Virus record (IMG/VR): IMGVR_UViG_3300037247_000734
Location: 1-57,265 of that record
DNA from: a virus
Lineage: Duplodnaviria > Caudoviricetes
DNA length: 57,265 nucleotides
Strand: one strand, 5' to 3'
Numbering within the stretch: the first letter of the stretch is position 1; every line of letters begins with the position of its first letter. Below are positions 55,424 to 57,265 of the stretch, one piece after another. The notes beneath the pieces are model-generated. The model saw nothing but the letters and a program-made list of their open reading frames with translations. It did not search any database and was not told where the DNA came from. The position numbers were made by a program, and so were the translations under genes.

Positions 55424-56132
55424 CACGGCGGCGGACCCACGAGCCATCCGGTTCACCCCGCCGCCTGACACTGATCTGGCGGTATTGGACCAGGCGTACC
55501 TGACGTTCGTGGACAAGCTTGTTGTCCGCAAGCTAAAGGGGGCGAACGACTTTCAGATGATTGCCATCGACACGATCGACGAGATGATCCTCCTGTTCCA
55601 GAAGGCCCTGTGTCTCCGGGAGAAGGTTCTCGACGTTGGGGACGTTGGTGGTGGGCACGGCAAGGGCTACTTCATCGTTCGGGACGCCATCTTTGGGATG
55701 CTCGACAAAGTGTACCGTGCAGGTATGGGGTGGGCCATCATTGCCCACACTCGTACCAGAACCGTGACGGTGGGCAAGGACGAGAAGCAGGTTTCGGGGC
55801 TGGCCATCAGTGACTCGTACAAGAGTGCTGTATTCCAGAAGTGTGAGCACATGCTGTTCGTTGAGCACGGCGTTGAGGTTGTTCCAGGAAAGAAGGAGAT
55901 AAAGATAGTCAACGGTAAGAAGATCGAGAAGTCGGGTAAGACGACAACAAGAGGAGTACAGAAGCTCAAGACGAGACCGGGAGGACTGTGGCAAGGAGGA
56001 GGTACGACCGACATAAAGGTGCGGGTCCCATTGGTTGAGGAAATAATCCTGCCCAAGGTGGGCGGGTGGGACACGTTCGCCAAGGCTTACGAGGATGCCA
56101 CCAAGCTCCTCGTAGAGGGAGACAAAGCATGA
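55233..56132 (+). CDS. AAA_24 / Sak4-like ATPase (single-strand annealing recombinase)
   Basis: GQPGAGKST, LDPERG, IAIDTID, GKGY, IIAH. Confidence 0.8.
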   Translation: MKSVITGREIPKDLQGVTGLRAGFVIPPVQQIRLTITGQPGAGKSTFLNSNPHLLSLDPERGGDTAADPRAIRFTPPPDTDLAVLDQAYLTFVDKLVVRKLKGANDFQMIAIDTIDEMILLFQKALCLREKVLDVGDVGGGHGKGYFIVRDAIFGMLDKVYRAGMGWAIIAHTRTRTVTVGKDEKQVSGLAISDSYKSAVFQKCEHMLFVEHGVEVVPGKKEIKIVNGKKIEKSGKTTTRGVQKLKTRPGGLWQGGGTTDIKVRVPLVEEIILPKVGGWDTFAKAYEDATKLLVEGDKA

Positions 56133-56353
56133 GGTGGAATTTTTTGTGCGGGGATAGCCTTCGTGGGTTCCTCAACGAGAAGGACGAAGTGAAGAATACA
56201 AAGAGTGTGGAGGTCATATTCGACGATGGAGAGTCAACAGGTGTCCTGGTGGAACTAGAGAACGGGGACCTCATCCATTTCTGTTCCAGGGAGACCGAGC
56301 ACGATGGCTGTCGTAAATCACTGTCTGTTTCTACCACAAAAGGAGACGAGTAG
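56129..56353 (+). CDS. Hypothetical protein
   Basis: ATGA overlap. Confidence 0.5.
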   Translation: MRWNFLCGDSLRGFLNEKDEVKNTKSVEVIFDDGESTGVLVELENGDLIHFCSRETEHDGCRKSLSVSTTKGDE

Positions 56354-56868
56354 TGTCTGATGATGCATTTTTGGAAGTTCTAGCAGGTTGTACTGATGCT
56401 TGTGCGGACATGGACCTGAGCGACGACGGTTGGAGTCCACCGGACGGTCCATACGACGTAATGGTTGAGGACGTCGCTTCGGGTATTAAGGAAAAGGACG
56501 GGATCAACAACGCTTGGATCAAGCCGGTGTTCACCATCCTGGACGGTGACTTCAAAGGCCGCACGTTTTGCGATTTCTACTGGATCGAGCCTGGGATGAC
56601 GGAGCCGACGATCAGTATCAAGAACCTCTGTCGGTTTGCTACCTGCCTCCAGGGCAGTGAGACAAGGAACCCAGTCGAGGCGGCTGAGATCGCCAAGGCA
56701 TCCGTTGGTGAGTTTATGAGTGTCGAGGTCTATCGTACAACCTCAAAGAAAACACGCAAGACCTACGCGAACATTCGGTTCTGTCAATGCCTCCCCGCAA
56801 CCGACGTACCGGCTGAGGAGGCCGAGGAGGCCGAGGCAGGTGCACCACACGAGGCAACCAAAGGCTAG
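56353..56868 (+). CDS. Putative ssDNA-binding protein (DUF669-like)
   Basis: PDGPYDV.V, FTILDG.FKGR.F.D; acidic tail; follows the Sak4-like gene. Confidence 0.7.
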   Translation: MSDDAFLEVLAGCTDACADMDLSDDGWSPPDGPYDVMVEDVASGIKEKDGINNAWIKPVFTILDGDFKGRTFCDFYWIEPGMTEPTISIKNLCRFATCLQGSETRNPVEAAEIAKASVGEFMSVEVYRTTSKKTRKTYANIRFCQCLPATDVPAEEAEEAEAGAPHEATKG

Positions 56869-56900
56869 GGGTCAATCCCCTCTTTTACAGGAGAAGTAAG

Positions 56901-57086
56901 ATGAAGATTCAGTTTATCGTGGTCAAGGTGGGAACCACTAAGGAGCCCACAACCATAGGGGATCAGGAAGCGGTCCTCGAAACGTTCTCGAATCGACTGC
57001 AAGAGCAGTTCCCCAACACACCGATCCAGGTGGTGCCTGAGCACACCTCAATAAAGATCGACGGGAACGAGTACGCACCCAAGTAA
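56901..57086 (+). CDS. Hypothetical protein
   Basis: AGGAG RBS. Confidence 0.6.
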   Translation: MKIQFIVVKVGTTKEPTTIGDQEAVLETFSNRLQEQFPNTPIQVVPEHTSIKIDGNEYAPK

Positions 57087-57126
57087 CGGGAACGAGTTGG
57101 GGGAGCCGGTTCCGAGCGGATCGGCC

Positions 57127-57265
57127 CCTCCTGCTCTCTGCGGGGGTAGCTCAGAAGCGGTTAGAGCCCCTGGGACGCCAGGAAGAAGCAGGTTCAATTC
57201 CTGCCCCCCGCTGTTGAAGGGAGGAGTTATGAGTAACTACGGTACAATGGCCGCCAGTGCTAGCC
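57127..57265. repeat. Terminal direct repeat, right copy
   Basis: Matches 1-139 with one mismatch. Confidence 0.95.

Larger units (their letters stand above)
416..57097. repeat. Genome-wide dispersed 12-mer ACGGGAACGAGT
   Basis: At least 14 exact copies and 9 near copies on both strands (positions listed in findings). Confidence 0.9.

Noticed and set aside
57061-57097. Mini-CRISPR from two adjacent 12-mers
   Set aside because: Repeat (12 bp) and spacer (13 bp) are too short. They belong to the dispersed motif family.
1-57265. Stop-codon reassignment
   Set aside because: Long genes are intact under the standard code, and TAA, TAG and TGA all end genes with tight coupling.

Overview
The window looks like a complete, circularly assembled, GC-rich tailed-phage genome of about 57.1 kb: bases 1-139 recur at 57127-57265 with one mismatch. 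The layout is podovirus-like. A plus-strand replication arm (about 47.3 kb through the junction to 3.4 kb) carries a UDG-fused family A DNA polymerase, metallophosphoesterase, ERCC4 nuclease, DUF5664 dNTP diphosphohydrolase, PD-(D/E)XK nuclease, Sak4-like ATPase, SSB-like protein, MCM-like ATPase, GroES and an HD nucleotidase. A minus-strand arm carries terminase, portal, scaffold, capsid, adaptor/nozzle and large internal virion proteins, a block of small genes, and an array of paralogous beta-rich proteins. I recognise no integrase, RNA polymerase, primase or endolysin. The main finding is a self-contained ubiquitin-like conjugation operon at 36.7-41.3 kb: a Ubl ending GG-RLA, an unknown gene, a ThiF/E1, a JAB/JAMM protease, an E2-like protein and accessory genes. 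Also notable are a tRNA-like element whose anticodon loop is only 4 nt, a 12-mer (ACGGGAACGAGT) repeated across the genome, and a dense CCGATAA array at 32.8-35.4 kb. All calls come from reading motifs by eye. No searches were run, and motif counts are manual minimums.
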